This document shows, piece by piece, positions 19,299-30,093 of a DNA stretch of 64,000 nucleotides. Numbering within the stretch: the stretch's first letter is position 1; each line of letters opens with the position of its first letter. Both the position numbers and the translations under genes were made by a program. The notes beneath the pieces are model-generated. The model worked only from the letters and a program-made list of their open reading frames with translations, was not told the DNA's origin and made no database searches. The stretch lies in the NCBI GenBank assembly GCA_938082545.1, contig CALKCL010000009.1:9594-73593 (forward strand), in the 5' to 3' direction. The stretch is from an uncultured Gammaproteobacteria bacterium. Lineage in GTDB: Bacteria > Pseudomonadota > Gammaproteobacteria > Ga0077536.

Positions 19299-20231
19299 TT
19301 GGTAATGGGCTCAATCTTGTTGGCATTTCTTCCAATCATAGCGATTGTTGTGATCGGCTATATCTTTTCTCGAATCGGGCTATTCCCTGAAAATGTAGGC
19401 TCAGGCCTTGTCCAGTTTGTTTACTGGTTGGCCATTCCGGCGATGCTTTTCCTACACATGTTCCAAACAGACATCTCCGAAAACATCCCTCTGACGTTTC
19501 TACTGTCATTTTATGTGCCTTCAATTTTTGTTTTTATCCTTGCAATGATTTTGTTTAATCGTGTCTTTGGTTGGGATACTAAAGAACTTGGGGTTGCTGG
19601 CATTGTTTCTAGTTATGGGAATTTAGCATTATTAGGACTCCCTATACTTTTGGCTGTGTCAAATGATCAAGATGCTCTTCTGCCAGCACTGGTATTACTC
19701 GCCACGCAAAGTACTGTTCTGTTTACCCTTACTATTGTCACGCTAAATGGTTTTAAAGGGCTAGACAAAAGCGCTTGCAAGAAAGTGTTCTGTAGATTGG
19801 CGACTAACCCTATTGTTCTGGCGTTGATATTTGGCCTTGCATTCAATATATTTCAAGCTTCTCTTAGTTCTGAGGTTATGTATACCTTAATTATCGTGGG
19901 AAATGCTGCGCCCGGATGTGCCTTAGTCGCTTTAGGGGCTTCTCTAGGTACGTATAAATTGAAAAAGCCAGGTAAAGAGGTTCTTTGTTTCGTTTTACTG
20001 CGCAATTTTGCACACCCCTTATTAGTGTGGGGCGTTGCACTTTTTTTCGGACTTGATGGAGTATGGTTGACTGTCGCGGTACTGTTTGCTGCGATGCCTG
20101 TAGGCATCAATGCATTTATTTTCTCCGAGAGTTATGACATAAGGCAGTCGACAGTATCGGTTACCTTAATCGTTTCTACACTGATTTCTAGTGCTACCAT
20201 CCCTATCTTGCTATATTTACTTCCTTTATGA
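19299..20231 (+). CDS. AEC (auxin efflux carrier) family transporter
   Basis: About 10 TM segments, with SYGNLALLGLP, NPIVLAL and AAMPVGIN. Confidence 0.85.
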   Translation: MVMGSILLAFLPIIAIVVIGYIFSRIGLFPENVGSGLVQFVYWLAIPAMLFLHMFQTDISENIPLTFLLSFYVPSIFVFILAMILFNRVFGWDTKELGVAGIVSSYGNLALLGLPILLAVSNDQDALLPALVLLATQSTVLFTLTIVTLNGFKGLDKSACKKVFCRLATNPIVLALIFGLAFNIFQASLSSEVMYTLIIVGNAAPGCALVALGASLGTYKLKKPGKEVLCFVLLRNFAHPLLVWGVALFFGLDGVWLTVAVLFAAMPVGINAFIFSESYDIRQSTVSVTLIVSTLISSATIPILLYLLPL

Positions 20232-20328
20232 GATAAAGCAAATCTTAATGCGACGTCTAAAAGCCTTGCGCTTTTGTGCTTAATCGCGAGGCCGACAATA
20301 TCATTCTACCGAAAGCTGGAGTCAAATA

Positions 20329-21021
20329 GTGCGAGCTAAAGATATACTTCTGATTGAAGATCATAAAGATATAGCCGAGATGGTCTATGAATACCTTGAA
20401 ACCTCTGGGTTTAGCGTTGACTATGCCGATACTGGATCGGCGGGCGTAAATCTGGCGAAACAGAATAATTACGATGCTATCGTCCTTGATTTAATGCTGC
20501 CTGATATGGATGGTATCGACGTCTGTAAAGCATTGAGATGTGAGGGGGTTATTACGGTGCCTATTTTGATGCTGACTGCGCGAGATACTTTGGAAGATAA
20601 GCTACTAGGGTTTGATAGTGGTGCCGATGACTATTTAGTTAAACCGTTCGATTTGGAAGAGTTGGTAGCCCGTCTACGCTCGCTGATGAAAAGAAGAATA
20701 GATCAACCAAAATCAGAACCTTTGGTGGTGGGTGATTTGGTTCTAGATGTGAATGCAAAAATAGCTACTAGGGAGGGGAATGTGCTGAACTTGTCCCCAA
20801 CGGGGATGAAGATATTGATTTTGTTGACAATGGAGTCGCCAAATGTTGTTGAACGGTCGGCTGTTGAAAAAGTCATCTGGGATGATTTGCCGCCAGACAG
20901 CGACGCGCTCCGTAGTCATTTATATAATTTGCGTAAGGTTGTAGACAAGCCTTATTCTCATAGTTTGATACATACTGTATATAGCACAGGGTTTCGGTTA
21001 AGTGACGAAGGCGCAGACTAA
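20329..21021 (+). CDS. OmpR-family response regulator (ColR-like)
   Basis: LLIED, VLDLMLP, MLTARD, GADDYLVKPF and winged-helix DSDALRSHLYNLR. Confidence 0.93.
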   Translation: MRAKDILLIEDHKDIAEMVYEYLETSGFSVDYADTGSAGVNLAKQNNYDAIVLDLMLPDMDGIDVCKALRCEGVITVPILMLTARDTLEDKLLGFDSGADDYLVKPFDLEELVARLRSLMKRRIDQPKSEPLVVGDLVLDVNAKIATREGNVLNLSPTGMKILILLTMESPNVVERSAVEKVIWDDLPPDSDALRSHLYNLRKVVDKPYSHSLIHTVYSTGFRLSDEGAD

Positions 21022-22315
21022 ACACCCTTTAAATACTAGGATTCTGCGAGGTTTCATCCTTCAGATCTTTCTAATCACAGTTACAGCAGTGGCGGGTGTG
21101 TCTATTTCATCTTTTTTAATACAAGAACTACTTATTAATTCGGCTTTAGAGCGTGAGGCTGACTATTTCTGGGCTAGAAATAAAATTGAATTGGATACAC
21201 CTACTCCCAACACTAACACGTTGATCGGGTATTTGTTTAAAGAGGGTGAAGCTGCGATCCCGTCCGAGTTTGAGCATCTGGAAGTTGGCTTTCATGAGAC
21301 GGTAACTCCTGCCGGAAAATCCGTAGTACATGTAAGTGCCAGTGATGATAGTCGGTTGTTTTTGGTGTTTGACGCGAATGTAGTGTCCGAAGCTGCTAAT
21401 TTTTTTGGATTATTTCCTCTGGTGCTGATACTTATTGTACTCTACTTATCTGCATGGTTTGCATATCGCATCACTAGTCAGGCGATTTCTCCGGTTGTGA
21501 GGTTGGCGCGCAGCGTGAGAAATATCGAATTAGATAAGCCGGATCTACAAACGGTGCTCGATGAATTTGAAAACGAGGAGGTTGATGGGGAGATCGGCAC
21601 ACTGGCAAATGCCCTACAACAGCTTTTGGTTCGAGTCGATGATTCTATAGAACGGGAGCGTACCTTTACACGAGAAGCCAGTCACGAGCTTAGAAGTCCA
21701 TTAACGGTAATACGTATGGCATGTGATAACTTGGGTAAGCGTGGGAATCTTGAAGCTAATTCTCTGGTGTTGTTGGAGCGAGTGCAAAGAGCGGCAAAAG
21801 ATATGGAGGAGTTGACTGAAGTACTATTGTTATTAGCTCGTGAATATGAAGGGGCATTGTTAAAAGAGAATGTTGTTGTTAATGAAATTGTTAGAGACGA
21901 GCTGAGTAAATGTAAAGTCGCCTATGAGAGTAAAAATCTTTCACTGAAATTTGTAGAATTAGATAGTTTAGTAACCTTTGCAGCACCAAAAGCGGTCGCG
22001 ATTGTTTTTGGCAACTTGTTACGAAATGCCTGCCTATATACTGAAAAAGGGGAGGTGATTGTAACTATTGCTGAAAATAGCGTCGCAATTTCCGACAGTG
22101 GCGTCGGGATGACGACGAAAAACATGAATGACGCTTTTAGTTCCAGTTATACCCCACACAATGCAAGAGGGAACGGAATAGGTTTGAGTTTAGTGAAACG
22201 AATAACTGATCGATTCGGGTGGCGCATTTCGGTGGATAGCCTGCCACATCAAGGCACTGACATATTAGTTGCCTTGCCTTCCGCCAGCTCTAACCCTGAT
22301 CCTTCTGTTTCTTAG
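21002..22315 (+). CDS. Sensor histidine kinase (ColS-like)
   Basis: Two TM segments, HAMP, H-box ASHELRSPL, N-box NLLRNA and G-boxes DSGVG and GNGIGL. Confidence 0.92.
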   Translation: MTKAQTKHPLNTRILRGFILQIFLITVTAVAGVSISSFLIQELLINSALEREADYFWARNKIELDTPTPNTNTLIGYLFKEGEAAIPSEFEHLEVGFHETVTPAGKSVVHVSASDDSRLFLVFDANVVSEAANFFGLFPLVLILIVLYLSAWFAYRITSQAISPVVRLARSVRNIELDKPDLQTVLDEFENEEVDGEIGTLANALQQLLVRVDDSIERERTFTREASHELRSPLTVIRMACDNLGKRGNLEANSLVLLERVQRAAKDMEELTEVLLLLAREYEGALLKENVVVNEIVRDELSKCKVAYESKNLSLKFVELDSLVTFAAPKAVAIVFGNLLRNACLYTEKGEVIVTIAENSVAISDSGVGMTTKNMNDAFSSSYTPHNARGNGIGLSLVKRITDRFGWRISVDSLPHQGTDILVALPSASSNPDPSVS

Positions 22316-22346
22316 AAAGGGATCGTCCAGTTTACTAGAGAAACCT

Positions 22347-23024
22347 CTATTTCGTTACCAAACTACGCACACTGCTATCTTTCTCTCCTAGATCCGCTTC
22401 GAGTTTCCCCCAGTCTTGAAGGTAAGGGACTGCCACACCTTTTTGGCAGGAAGGTCTGTCTTCAAGTCGCTGCATCCAAGCTTTCAAGTTGGCCAATCCT
22501 TCAACGTCAGTTCCACCCCAAGCATGTATACGCACCCAACACCAGTTAGCTATATCGGCTATAGAATATTGGTCACAAATAAAATCCCTTCCAATAAGTT
22601 GTCGGTTTAAAACTTCAAAGAGGCGCCGACATTCATTATGATATCTAGCTATTGCGGAGGGTATTTTTTCTGGGAAGTAACGGTAGAAAACATTTGATTG
22701 GCCCATCATCGGACCTATGCCGGCCATTTGGAACATTAACCATTGGGTGACTAGGGACTCACCTTTTATATCAGCAGGAATAAGTTGCCCGCTTTTTTTC
22801 GCTAGATAAAGCATAATTGCGCCAGATTCAAAGATGCTGAGATTATTTTCAGTATCAACTATTGCAGGGATACGGCCGTTAGGACAGATGGTCTGGAACC
22901 AAGCTTCTTTTTGTTCACCTTTCAATATATCTATGTGGTGAGTGTTGTATGCCATACCAATTTCTTCAAGCAGTACGGATACTTTCCAGCCATTGGGAGT
23001 GGCATCAGTGTAAAATTCGATCAT
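22347..23024 (-). CDS. Glutathione S-transferase (YfcG/YghU Nu-class)
   Basis: TPNG, PNGRIPAI, FESGAI and WLMFQMAGIGPMMGQ. Start placed at 23024, just after the upstream stop. Confidence 0.9.
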   Translation of the reverse strand: MIEFYTDATPNGWKVSVLLEEIGMAYNTHHIDILKGEQKEAWFQTICPNGRIPAIVDTENNLSIFESGAIMLYLAKKSGQLIPADIKGESLVTQWLMFQMAGIGPMMGQSNVFYRYFPEKIPSAIARYHNECRRLFEVLNRQLIGRDFICDQYSIADIANWCWVRIHAWGGTDVEGLANLKAWMQRLEDRPSCQKGVAVPYLQDWGKLEADLGEKDSSVRSLVTK

Positions 23025-23025
23025 T

Positions 23026-25125
23026 TTAAATTTTGTTCTCAAGAGGGGTTAGTTGAACTCTGTTGTCATGAAATGCGGCACCACCAACTGGCCCGGCGGG
23101 ATCAGAGCCTGTGAGCACGTTGACTCCTAATCCTCCTTTGAATGCGTGATTCGGCCAGATGCTTTCAACAATGAGAACCCCTGTCGAGACCCCTGAAAAT
23201 ACCTCAATGGTTATCTCCAGCTCTCCTCTTTCATTTGTTACACGAACGAAGTCTCCATCGGTGACACGGAGCGACAGTGCATCAGATGGATTGATTAGCA
23301 CGCTGGGTTGTTTTTCTCTTCTGAGAGAAGTGGGAACCTCAGAGAAAGTCGAATTCAAGAAGTGCCGCGCTGGTGCGGTGATTAATCGGAACGGAAAATC
23401 TAACGTGGAGGCTTCTAGTACGTCCCAATGATCCGGGAGTGCAGGCATGGAATCGACAAGCGAGGCATCTACTATTTGATTACTCCCTAAGCCCCATTTA
23501 GATTGTTGCGCACTCCAGTCTGCAGAAAAGTGCCATCGTTTATCTGGATGACCGAAACCGGAAATGAAATGTGATTCTTTGAAATTTGGCTGCACGTCGA
23601 ACCATTTCTCGTTTTCTAATGCCTCAAGGTTTTTCCAGCCAGAATTGATTAATGTTTCGTCTATCACTTCTTTGGCGGTTAGCAAAAATCCTCTGTGATT
23701 AGCATTTAGACGCGCTGCTAGCTCGCTGATTACTTCGTGGTTAGAGCGACATTCTCCCGGTGGGTTGATAGCTTTAGGGCCGAACTGAATGTGCTGATGG
23801 CCACCAGCTTGATAAATGTCGTCATGCTCTAAAAACATAGTGGCTGGCAATATCACATCCGCCATTTTTGCAGTTTCGGTCATGAACTGTTCATGCACAC
23901 AAACGAACAGATCTTCTCGCTCAAATCCTCTTTTTACTAGATTCAGATTAGGTGCAACTGACATAGGATTGGTGTTTTGGATAAGTAAAGCTTTTACTGG
24001 AGGGCCGTTACCAAGCGCATTTTTATCTCCCATCAGAATCTCCCCAATCCTGGATTGGTCAAGTAATCTAATCGTCGGATCTACATCGTCTAAACCTTCA
24101 ATTAATGTTTTATCCCAATGGTATATGCCGCTGTTTGACAATAAAGCGCCCCCACCAAGGTGCTGCCAATGACCTGCTACCGCAGAGATTGACGCTACTG
24201 CATGCATGTTAGTTGCACCGTTCCTTTGCCGAGTAAAACCATAACCTAGGCGCAGGTAAGTCTTAGGAGTTGTTCCTATCAACATAGCAAAATGATCGAT
24301 AGTTTCAGCAGGCACTCCAGTTATTGCACTGGCCCAATCGGGATCACGTTTTCGTAAGTGATCCTCTAAGTGCTCCGCATCCTTTGTATACTTCGACAGG
24401 TAATCTTTATCGGCATGATTATTTTTGAAAAGTAAGTGCATGACCGCACATGCTAATGCGCCATCTGTTCCTGGCTTTACTTGGATAAACAGGTCTGCTT
24501 GTTTCGCAGTAGCATTTTTATAAGTGTCTATGACTACAATTTTGGCCCCTCTATTGCGACGTGCTTTCAACGCATGATGCATGACGTTGACTTGAGTGAC
24601 AGCAGCATTTGTCCCCCATATTACGATCACATCTGACTCAGACATTTCTCGGGGGTCCACACCACCCATTTTTCCTGCGCCCGCGAGATAACCACTCCAA
24701 GCAAGAGAGACGCAAATTGTGCTGTGATAACCTGAATAACGCTTTGCGTGTCGGAGCCTATTGATGCCATCGCGCATTAATAGGCCCATTGTGCCTGCAT
24801 AATAGTAGGGCCATATACTTTCTGAGCCGTGCTCGCTCTCTGCTTTTTGAAATGCTTCTGCCACTTCATCGAGCGCCACACTCCAAGAAATTTCTTCGAA
24901 TTGACCAGAACCTTTTGGTCCTGTTCTACGTAATGGTTTTAACAGCCGGTCCGGATGATGAATACGTTCAGCGTAACGCGCTACTTTACTGCAGATAACT
25001 CCTGCAGTATAAGAATTTTCCTTCGCACCTCTTACTTTTCCAATCTCCCCCGGGGATAGAATTTCTACTTCTAACGCACACGTGGATGGGCAATCGTGAG
25101 GACAAGTGCTATTGATGTAGGCCAT
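23026..25125 (-). CDS. Bis-MGD (DMSO reductase superfamily) molybdopterin oxidoreductase, uncharacterised subfamily
   Basis: N-terminal CPHDCPSTC...CSK Fe-S motif, STIC Mo-ligand region, VKPGTDGALA, TETAKMADVILPA and a C-terminal molybdopterin dinucleotide domain. Confidence 0.88.
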   Translation of the reverse strand: MAYINSTCPHDCPSTCALEVEILSPGEIGKVRGAKENSYTAGVICSKVARYAERIHHPDRLLKPLRRTGPKGSGQFEEISWSVALDEVAEAFQKAESEHGSESIWPYYYAGTMGLLMRDGINRLRHAKRYSGYHSTICVSLAWSGYLAGAGKMGGVDPREMSESDVIVIWGTNAAVTQVNVMHHALKARRNRGAKIVVIDTYKNATAKQADLFIQVKPGTDGALACAVMHLLFKNNHADKDYLSKYTKDAEHLEDHLRKRDPDWASAITGVPAETIDHFAMLIGTTPKTYLRLGYGFTRQRNGATNMHAVASISAVAGHWQHLGGGALLSNSGIYHWDKTLIEGLDDVDPTIRLLDQSRIGEILMGDKNALGNGPPVKALLIQNTNPMSVAPNLNLVKRGFEREDLFVCVHEQFMTETAKMADVILPATMFLEHDDIYQAGGHQHIQFGPKAINPPGECRSNHEVISELAARLNANHRGFLLTAKEVIDETLINSGWKNLEALENEKWFDVQPNFKESHFISGFGHPDKRWHFSADWSAQQSKWGLGSNQIVDASLVDSMPALPDHWDVLEASTLDFPFRLITAPARHFLNSTFSEVPTSLRREKQPSVLINPSDALSLRVTDGDFVRVTNERGELEITIEVFSGVSTGVLIVESIWPNHAFKGGLGVNVLTGSDPAGPVGGAAFHDNRVQLTPLENKI

Positions 25126-25292
25126 TGATAGTCCTTTTTCATAACATTATTTATAACAGTATTATCTTAATCCGACATAGATATCCAGTTTGACATTCTT
25201 GGGGACGTATAGATAACAGTGTAAGATAGATGTCAGTCAGTGACGAATTGAGCATATGCTAATTCATTAGAAATGAGAGTGCAGATAGGAGA

Positions 25293-26132
25293 GTGATTTT
25301 GAGTACACAGCATACAGTGGTGGGTGCCGGAGGCATCAATTTGAACGTACTAGAGTATGGCAACGCATCAGGGCCCGCGATTGTTTTTATTCACGGATGG
25401 TCGCAATCTTACATGTGTTGGCTGAATCAGTTAGATTCTAATTTAGCCAAAGATTTCAGATTGATAGCTTTAGATTTGAGAGGGCATGGTCTATCGGATG
25501 CTCCTTTATCACGAGAGGCCTACACCAGCAGTGAATCTTGGGCTGGGGATATTAATGCAATTTTGAACCATTTTCAGTTGGAGAAAGTAACTCTGGTGGG
25601 ATGGTCTTACGGGGGGCTAGTGATTTCAGATTTTGTTCGAATCTATGGAACAGAAAGAGTAGCTGGGATTAACTTTGTAGGTGCTGCGGTCAAGCTAAAT
25701 GAAGCCGCTATAGGACCTTTCATTGGCCCAGGCTTCTATGAGCATTTTGAAGCGGCTGTCTCAAATGACCTGCTGGCAAGTATTGATGCAATACGCTCTT
25801 TTCTTGAAACCTGTTTTAAGAAAAAATTATCGCGCGCAGAATACGAAAGGATTCTCTGCTTTAATATGGCGGTTAGGCCTGACGTTCGTGGAAGCATAGC
25901 TGCCCGTGATCTCGACAACGTAGATATTTTGAAAACACTAAAGGTGCCAGTCTTAGTGAGTCAAGGCGAAATGGATACGGTTGTATTACCTTCTATGGCG
26001 CGCTGTATCCTGGAACACTGTGAATTATCAGAAGCGTCATGGTACGAGGGAGTAGCCCATGGACCTTTTATCGAGGATGCGGCAAGATTCAACCACGAAT
26101 TAGGCATATTTGCTGCAAGAGTAAACCCGTGA
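25293..26132 (+). CDS. Alpha/beta hydrolase (non-heme haloperoxidase/esterase-like)
   Basis: FIHGWSQ, DLRGHG, nucleophile GWSYGG and AHGPF. Confidence 0.85.
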   Translation: MILSTQHTVVGAGGINLNVLEYGNASGPAIVFIHGWSQSYMCWLNQLDSNLAKDFRLIALDLRGHGLSDAPLSREAYTSSESWAGDINAILNHFQLEKVTLVGWSYGGLVISDFVRIYGTERVAGINFVGAAVKLNEAAIGPFIGPGFYEHFEAAVSNDLLASIDAIRSFLETCFKKKLSRAEYERILCFNMAVRPDVRGSIAARDLDNVDILKTLKVPVLVSQGEMDTVVLPSMARCILEHCELSEASWYEGVAHGPFIEDAARFNHELGIFAARVNP

Positions 26133-27001
26133 TTCTCAGTGACATCTTAGTAAGCACTGAGTGGCTTGAGCAGCATCTAAATGATGATGGGTTGAGAGTT
26201 TATGATACTACCGTCATTCTGAGATCTAATCCTTCTGAACAAGGCTATAGTCCTGAAAGCGGTATGGCTGGTTGGGAAAAGTCACATATTCCTGGCGCAG
26301 GCTTTCTAGAGTTGATCAATGATTTGTCTGATCAGACTAATGCTGTTCCTTTTATGATGCCGAAACCTCAAGAATTTGCCGATCTGGTAGCTCTTCAAGG
26401 AATCAACCAGGATTCATTTGTCGTTCTTTACAGCGTGGGGAGCCCAATGTGGGCGACACGATTATGGTGGATGCTTCGATCTGTTGGTTTCGATAATGTT
26501 GCGGTACTCGATGGGGGTTGGGATAAATGGGTTGCTGAAGATAGACCGAAGACTAACATTTTTAATCCGTATCCCGCGGGGACTATTTTTACCAATCCAC
26601 GACCAGAGCTTTGGGTGAATAAAGCGGACATGTTAGTCGCTGATCAGAAAGCTGGTTGGGTCACGATCAACGCTCTATCTCCTGCTGTTTATACAGGAGA
26701 GAAAAATCAGTACGGTCGGCCAGGTCATTTACCAGGGTCACATAATGTTTATTATGGGTCTGTTCTTAGCCCTGATACAGGCGAATTTCTTTCCGTTCCT
26801 GAATTAAAGTCTCTTTTCAAAGAGAGTGGTGCATTTGATGCGGAGCGGGTAATCACCTACTGCGGCGGGGGGATCTCGGCTACCGTCGACTGTTTGGCGC
26901 TAGTGAAATGTGGTCAGAAAAATATTGCCGTCTATGACGGCTCGATGTCTGAATGGGCACAAGACACCGATCTTGAGTTGAAGCTAGGAAATACTCCGTA
27001 G
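26129..27001 (+). CDS. Tandem-domain rhodanese / 3-mercaptopyruvate sulfurtransferase (SseA-like)
   Basis: LVSTEWL, HIPGA, LDGG, GHLPGS, active site YCGGGISA and YDGSMSEW. GTG 26129 overlaps the upstream TGA. Confidence 0.9.
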   Translation: MILSDILVSTEWLEQHLNDDGLRVYDTTVILRSNPSEQGYSPESGMAGWEKSHIPGAGFLELINDLSDQTNAVPFMMPKPQEFADLVALQGINQDSFVVLYSVGSPMWATRLWWMLRSVGFDNVAVLDGGWDKWVAEDRPKTNIFNPYPAGTIFTNPRPELWVNKADMLVADQKAGWVTINALSPAVYTGEKNQYGRPGHLPGSHNVYYGSVLSPDTGEFLSVPELKSLFKESGAFDAERVITYCGGGISATVDCLALVKCGQKNIAVYDGSMSEWAQDTDLELKLGNTP

Positions 27002-27018
27002 TATCGTAACTCTCGATA

Positions 27019-27378
27019 TTATGTGTCTTCCTCAGGCCAGACCTTGTTTAAGCTTCGTATGGCGCCCATGGCATTAGGCCAACCAGCATAGTGGGCTGTG
27101 TGTGTGATCATTCCAAGAAGTTTTTCTCTTGGCACACCAAGCCGTTTGGCAGCGGCAAAATGAAATAATTGCTCAGGCTCTCTGGCAAGCGCCGTGAGAA
27201 TAGTGCATGTAATTAGTGAACGCTCGTCTAGAGCCAATTCTTTTCCTTGCCAGACATCCCCAAAAAGATGTTCTAGAGTGTAATTGCCAAACTGTTCAGG
27301 CAGACCACTAACGCCATCAGGGTTGCCACAGAGTTTATCTAGTAATTGTCTGCCTTTTTCGTTTTTTTCAGAACTCAA
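27019..27378 (-). CDS. Carboxymuconolactone decarboxylase family protein
   Basis: LFGDVW, ERSLIT and HYAGWP. Confidence 0.8.
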   Translation of the reverse strand: MSSEKNEKGRQLLDKLCGNPDGVSGLPEQFGNYTLEHLFGDVWQGKELALDERSLITCTILTALAREPEQLFHFAAAKRLGVPREKLLGMITHTAHYAGWPNAMGAIRSLNKVWPEEDT

Positions 27379-27439
27379 TCGAGTTTCTCCTACCTTGATA
27401 ATACTAATATTATTTTGTTATTGGCTTGGCTAACAGCTT

Positions 27440-28063
27440 TCAAGTCCATTTTTCGTAATGGACTTTTTTATTCAATGGTTCTCGCGTCAAAGGGCCAAAA
27501 TTTCCTTCAGGATATCCTATCGGGATCGTGGCAACTATTCCATGGGTTCGAGGGACGTTGAATTGGTCATGAATTTCATCCTCAAACATCTGGTGCATTG
27601 TGGTCAAACTTGCGCCCAACCCTAATGCTCTTGCTGCTATTAAAATGTTTTGTACACATGGATATATCGAACCATAGGAGGGTGGCGCGTTTCCTTTCCT
27701 ATCATTTTCTTTGACATTGAAAGGCCAATCTCTTTTTCCAAACACCATTAAAATAACAGGTGCCTCATGCATGTGATCGCCAAGGTGGCGAGCCGCGTTA
27801 ATTGTTCTGCCATAAGGCGAGCTGCTATCATTTTTCAGGAGTAGATCACCGAAACGTTCTCTCAGCCAGTAATTGTAACGGTCGCCAAAAAATTTTTTAT
27901 TTGCTGTCTCAGTGAGCACCAAGAATGCCCATGGTTGGGTGTTTTGGCCACTAGGTGCTTGAATGCCAGCAGACAATATTTTTTCCAGCAAAGCTTTTGG
28001 CACAGGATCTGGCTTTAGTCGTCGCATGGCGCGCATACTATGAATCGTATCAAAGACATCCAT
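27440..28063 (-). CDS. Nitroreductase family protein
   Basis: RAMRRLKPDPVP, APSGQNTQPW, QNILIAARALGLG and IPIGYP. Confidence 0.87.
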   Translation of the reverse strand: MDVFDTIHSMRAMRRLKPDPVPKALLEKILSAGIQAPSGQNTQPWAFLVLTETANKKFFGDRYNYWLRERFGDLLLKNDSSSPYGRTINAARHLGDHMHEAPVILMVFGKRDWPFNVKENDRKGNAPPSYGSIYPCVQNILIAARALGLGASLTTMHQMFEDEIHDQFNVPRTHGIVATIPIGYPEGNFGPLTREPLNKKVHYEKWT

Positions 28064-28224
28064 TGCTATTGTTCCTAATTAGATTGATTCATTAATATAA
28101 ACACAGGGTACACTGGAAGTACACTCAGTGGGGAAGCTGTAATCGAGAAGTCAAAATTGATTTTTAAATTTTTTCCTACGATAGTGGGAGCTCCTGACAG
28201 GATTAAAGGAGCCTTAGATATATA

Positions 28225-29370
28225 ATGGAGATTAAACCGTTTCGTATCGATATACCGCAGTCCGACTTAGATGACTTAATGCGTCGCCTATCCGCGACAC
28301 GGATACCCAAGCAGGTAGTAAATACAGACTGGAGTTACGGACCTGATTCGGTCTATATGCAAGAGCTTCTGGGCTACTGGTTGACGGGATATAGCTGGCG
28401 TAAGCAAGAGGCATATTTAAATAAAACTTTTCCCCAGTTCATAGCTGAAATCGATCGAAAAAAAATACACTATGTGCACGCAAAAGCACGCAATCCAAAT
28501 GCACTAACGTTGGTGATGACGCATGGTTGGCCAGGTTCATTCTTGGAATTTCATAAAGTCATCGATAAATTAACTCGACCTGAGAAACATGGAGGTGCGG
28601 AGAGTGATGCGTTTAATGTTCTTTGCCCTTCGATGACAGGTTACGGTTGGTCAGAGCCTTGGGACGAGAAAGGATGTGACGTTGAGAAAGTAGCTCAAAG
28701 ACAGGTTGCTCTTTTAAGCCAGCTAGGAATAGGCCGTTACGGCGTCCAAGGCGGTGATTGGGGTGGAATAGTAAGTCCTCGGATGGCTCTGTTAGCTCCT
28801 GACAGCGTTGTTGGTGTGCATTTAAACATGTGCTCTACCCGCTCGACTCAGGATAAAGAGGAGGCGAAAGAGCAAGGCGTTATGCCTGGAAGGACGGCAA
28901 TCAGCATTGAGTATGCAAGAGAGCAAAAGGGTTATGCAGTGATTCAAAGTTTGAAACCTGAGCAACTGAGCTTTGCTCTAAATGATTCTCCCATGGGCCT
29001 AGCTGCTTGGATTATCCAGTGTTTTTATATGTGGGGAGATATTGAAGGCGATTTGGAGTCACGTTTCACAAAAGATGAGTTGATTACTAACGTTATGTTG
29101 TATTGGTTTACTCAGTCAATACCTTCAGCCATTCGTCTTTATTGTGAATCATTACGCACTGGAACCTTTGGGCCGCTCGATCGTTATGTGTCGACTCCTA
29201 CAGGGGTGGCGCTTTTTAAAGATATTCCTAAGCCCAAACGTACTTGGGCGGAAAAAGAGTACAATATTCAAAGATGGACTCAGATGCCTAGTGGAGGCCA
29301 CTTCGCGGCTTTAGAAGAGCCAGATCTCTTAGTGGAAGACATCAGGGCGTTTTTTTCTGATCTAAGGTAA
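28225..29370 (+). CDS. Epoxide hydrolase (microsomal/EHN type)
   Basis: IKPFRI, HGWPGSFLEF, QGGDWG, LNDSPMGL and GGHFAALEEP. Confidence 0.92.
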   Translation: MEIKPFRIDIPQSDLDDLMRRLSATRIPKQVVNTDWSYGPDSVYMQELLGYWLTGYSWRKQEAYLNKTFPQFIAEIDRKKIHYVHAKARNPNALTLVMTHGWPGSFLEFHKVIDKLTRPEKHGGAESDAFNVLCPSMTGYGWSEPWDEKGCDVEKVAQRQVALLSQLGIGRYGVQGGDWGGIVSPRMALLAPDSVVGVHLNMCSTRSTQDKEEAKEQGVMPGRTAISIEYAREQKGYAVIQSLKPEQLSFALNDSPMGLAAWIIQCFYMWGDIEGDLESRFTKDELITNVMLYWFTQSIPSAIRLYCESLRTGTFGPLDRYVSTPTGVALFKDIPKPKRTWAEKEYNIQRWTQMPSGGHFAALEEPDLLVEDIRAFFSDLR

Positions 29371-29429
29371 AGATGCGTGATTAGGTTTCATTTTGTCATT
29401 TTTGTCGAGGGCTAAGGAGTGGAAAATAT

Positions 29430-30086
29430 ATGAGTGATTTCTACGGGGAAAATCATCGAGAACTGCAACGAGAATTTGATTCAACGGCTCTCGCAACTCG
29501 ACTTGAAGAAATGATTATCAAGTCTGAACTAGATGAACATGACAAAGGTTTCATTGCGACGAGAGACATGTTTTTCCTGTCTACAGTCGATCATGAAAAT
29601 CGACCAACTGTCTCTTACAAAGGCGGCAATGAAGGATTTGTGAAGGTAGTTGACGAAAAAACATTAGCGTTCCCAAGTTACGATGGCAACGGCATGTTTT
29701 ACTCAATGGGCAACTTAGATGCGAACCCTAGTGTTGGGTTATTATTTATCGATTTTGAAAAACCTAATCGAATGAGACTGCAAGGACAGGCTTCTATTAC
29801 CAAGAATGATCCCTTGTTGTCTTCCTATCCTGAAGCAGATCTTGTAGTACGGGTTAAGATTGAAAGGACTTGGGTTAACTGTCCACGGTATATCCACAGA
29901 TATAAAAAGCTAAGAGCCTCATCGTCGACACCTGGAGTACAAAAAAAGACGCCTTTCGCAGCTTGGAAAAGACTTGATGCTGTCCAAGATGTTTTACCTC
30001 AGAAAGATCAAGGAAAGTTCGAATCGGAAGGGGGTTTGCTTACCATGGAAGAGTACGGTAAAAAAGTTGAGAAAGGGGAGGCCTAA
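29430..30086 (+). CDS. Pyridoxamine 5'-phosphate oxidase-like FMN-binding protein
   Basis: PTVSYKGG, FPSYDGNGM, LLFIDFE and NCPRYIH. Confidence 0.82.
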   Translation: MSDFYGENHRELQREFDSTALATRLEEMIIKSELDEHDKGFIATRDMFFLSTVDHENRPTVSYKGGNEGFVKVVDEKTLAFPSYDGNGMFYSMGNLDANPSVGLLFIDFEKPNRMRLQGQASITKNDPLLSSYPEADLVVRVKIERTWVNCPRYIHRYKKLRASSSTPGVQKKTPFAAWKRLDAVQDVLPQKDQGKFESEGGLLTMEEYGKKVEKGEA

Positions 30087-30093
30087 AAATTTC

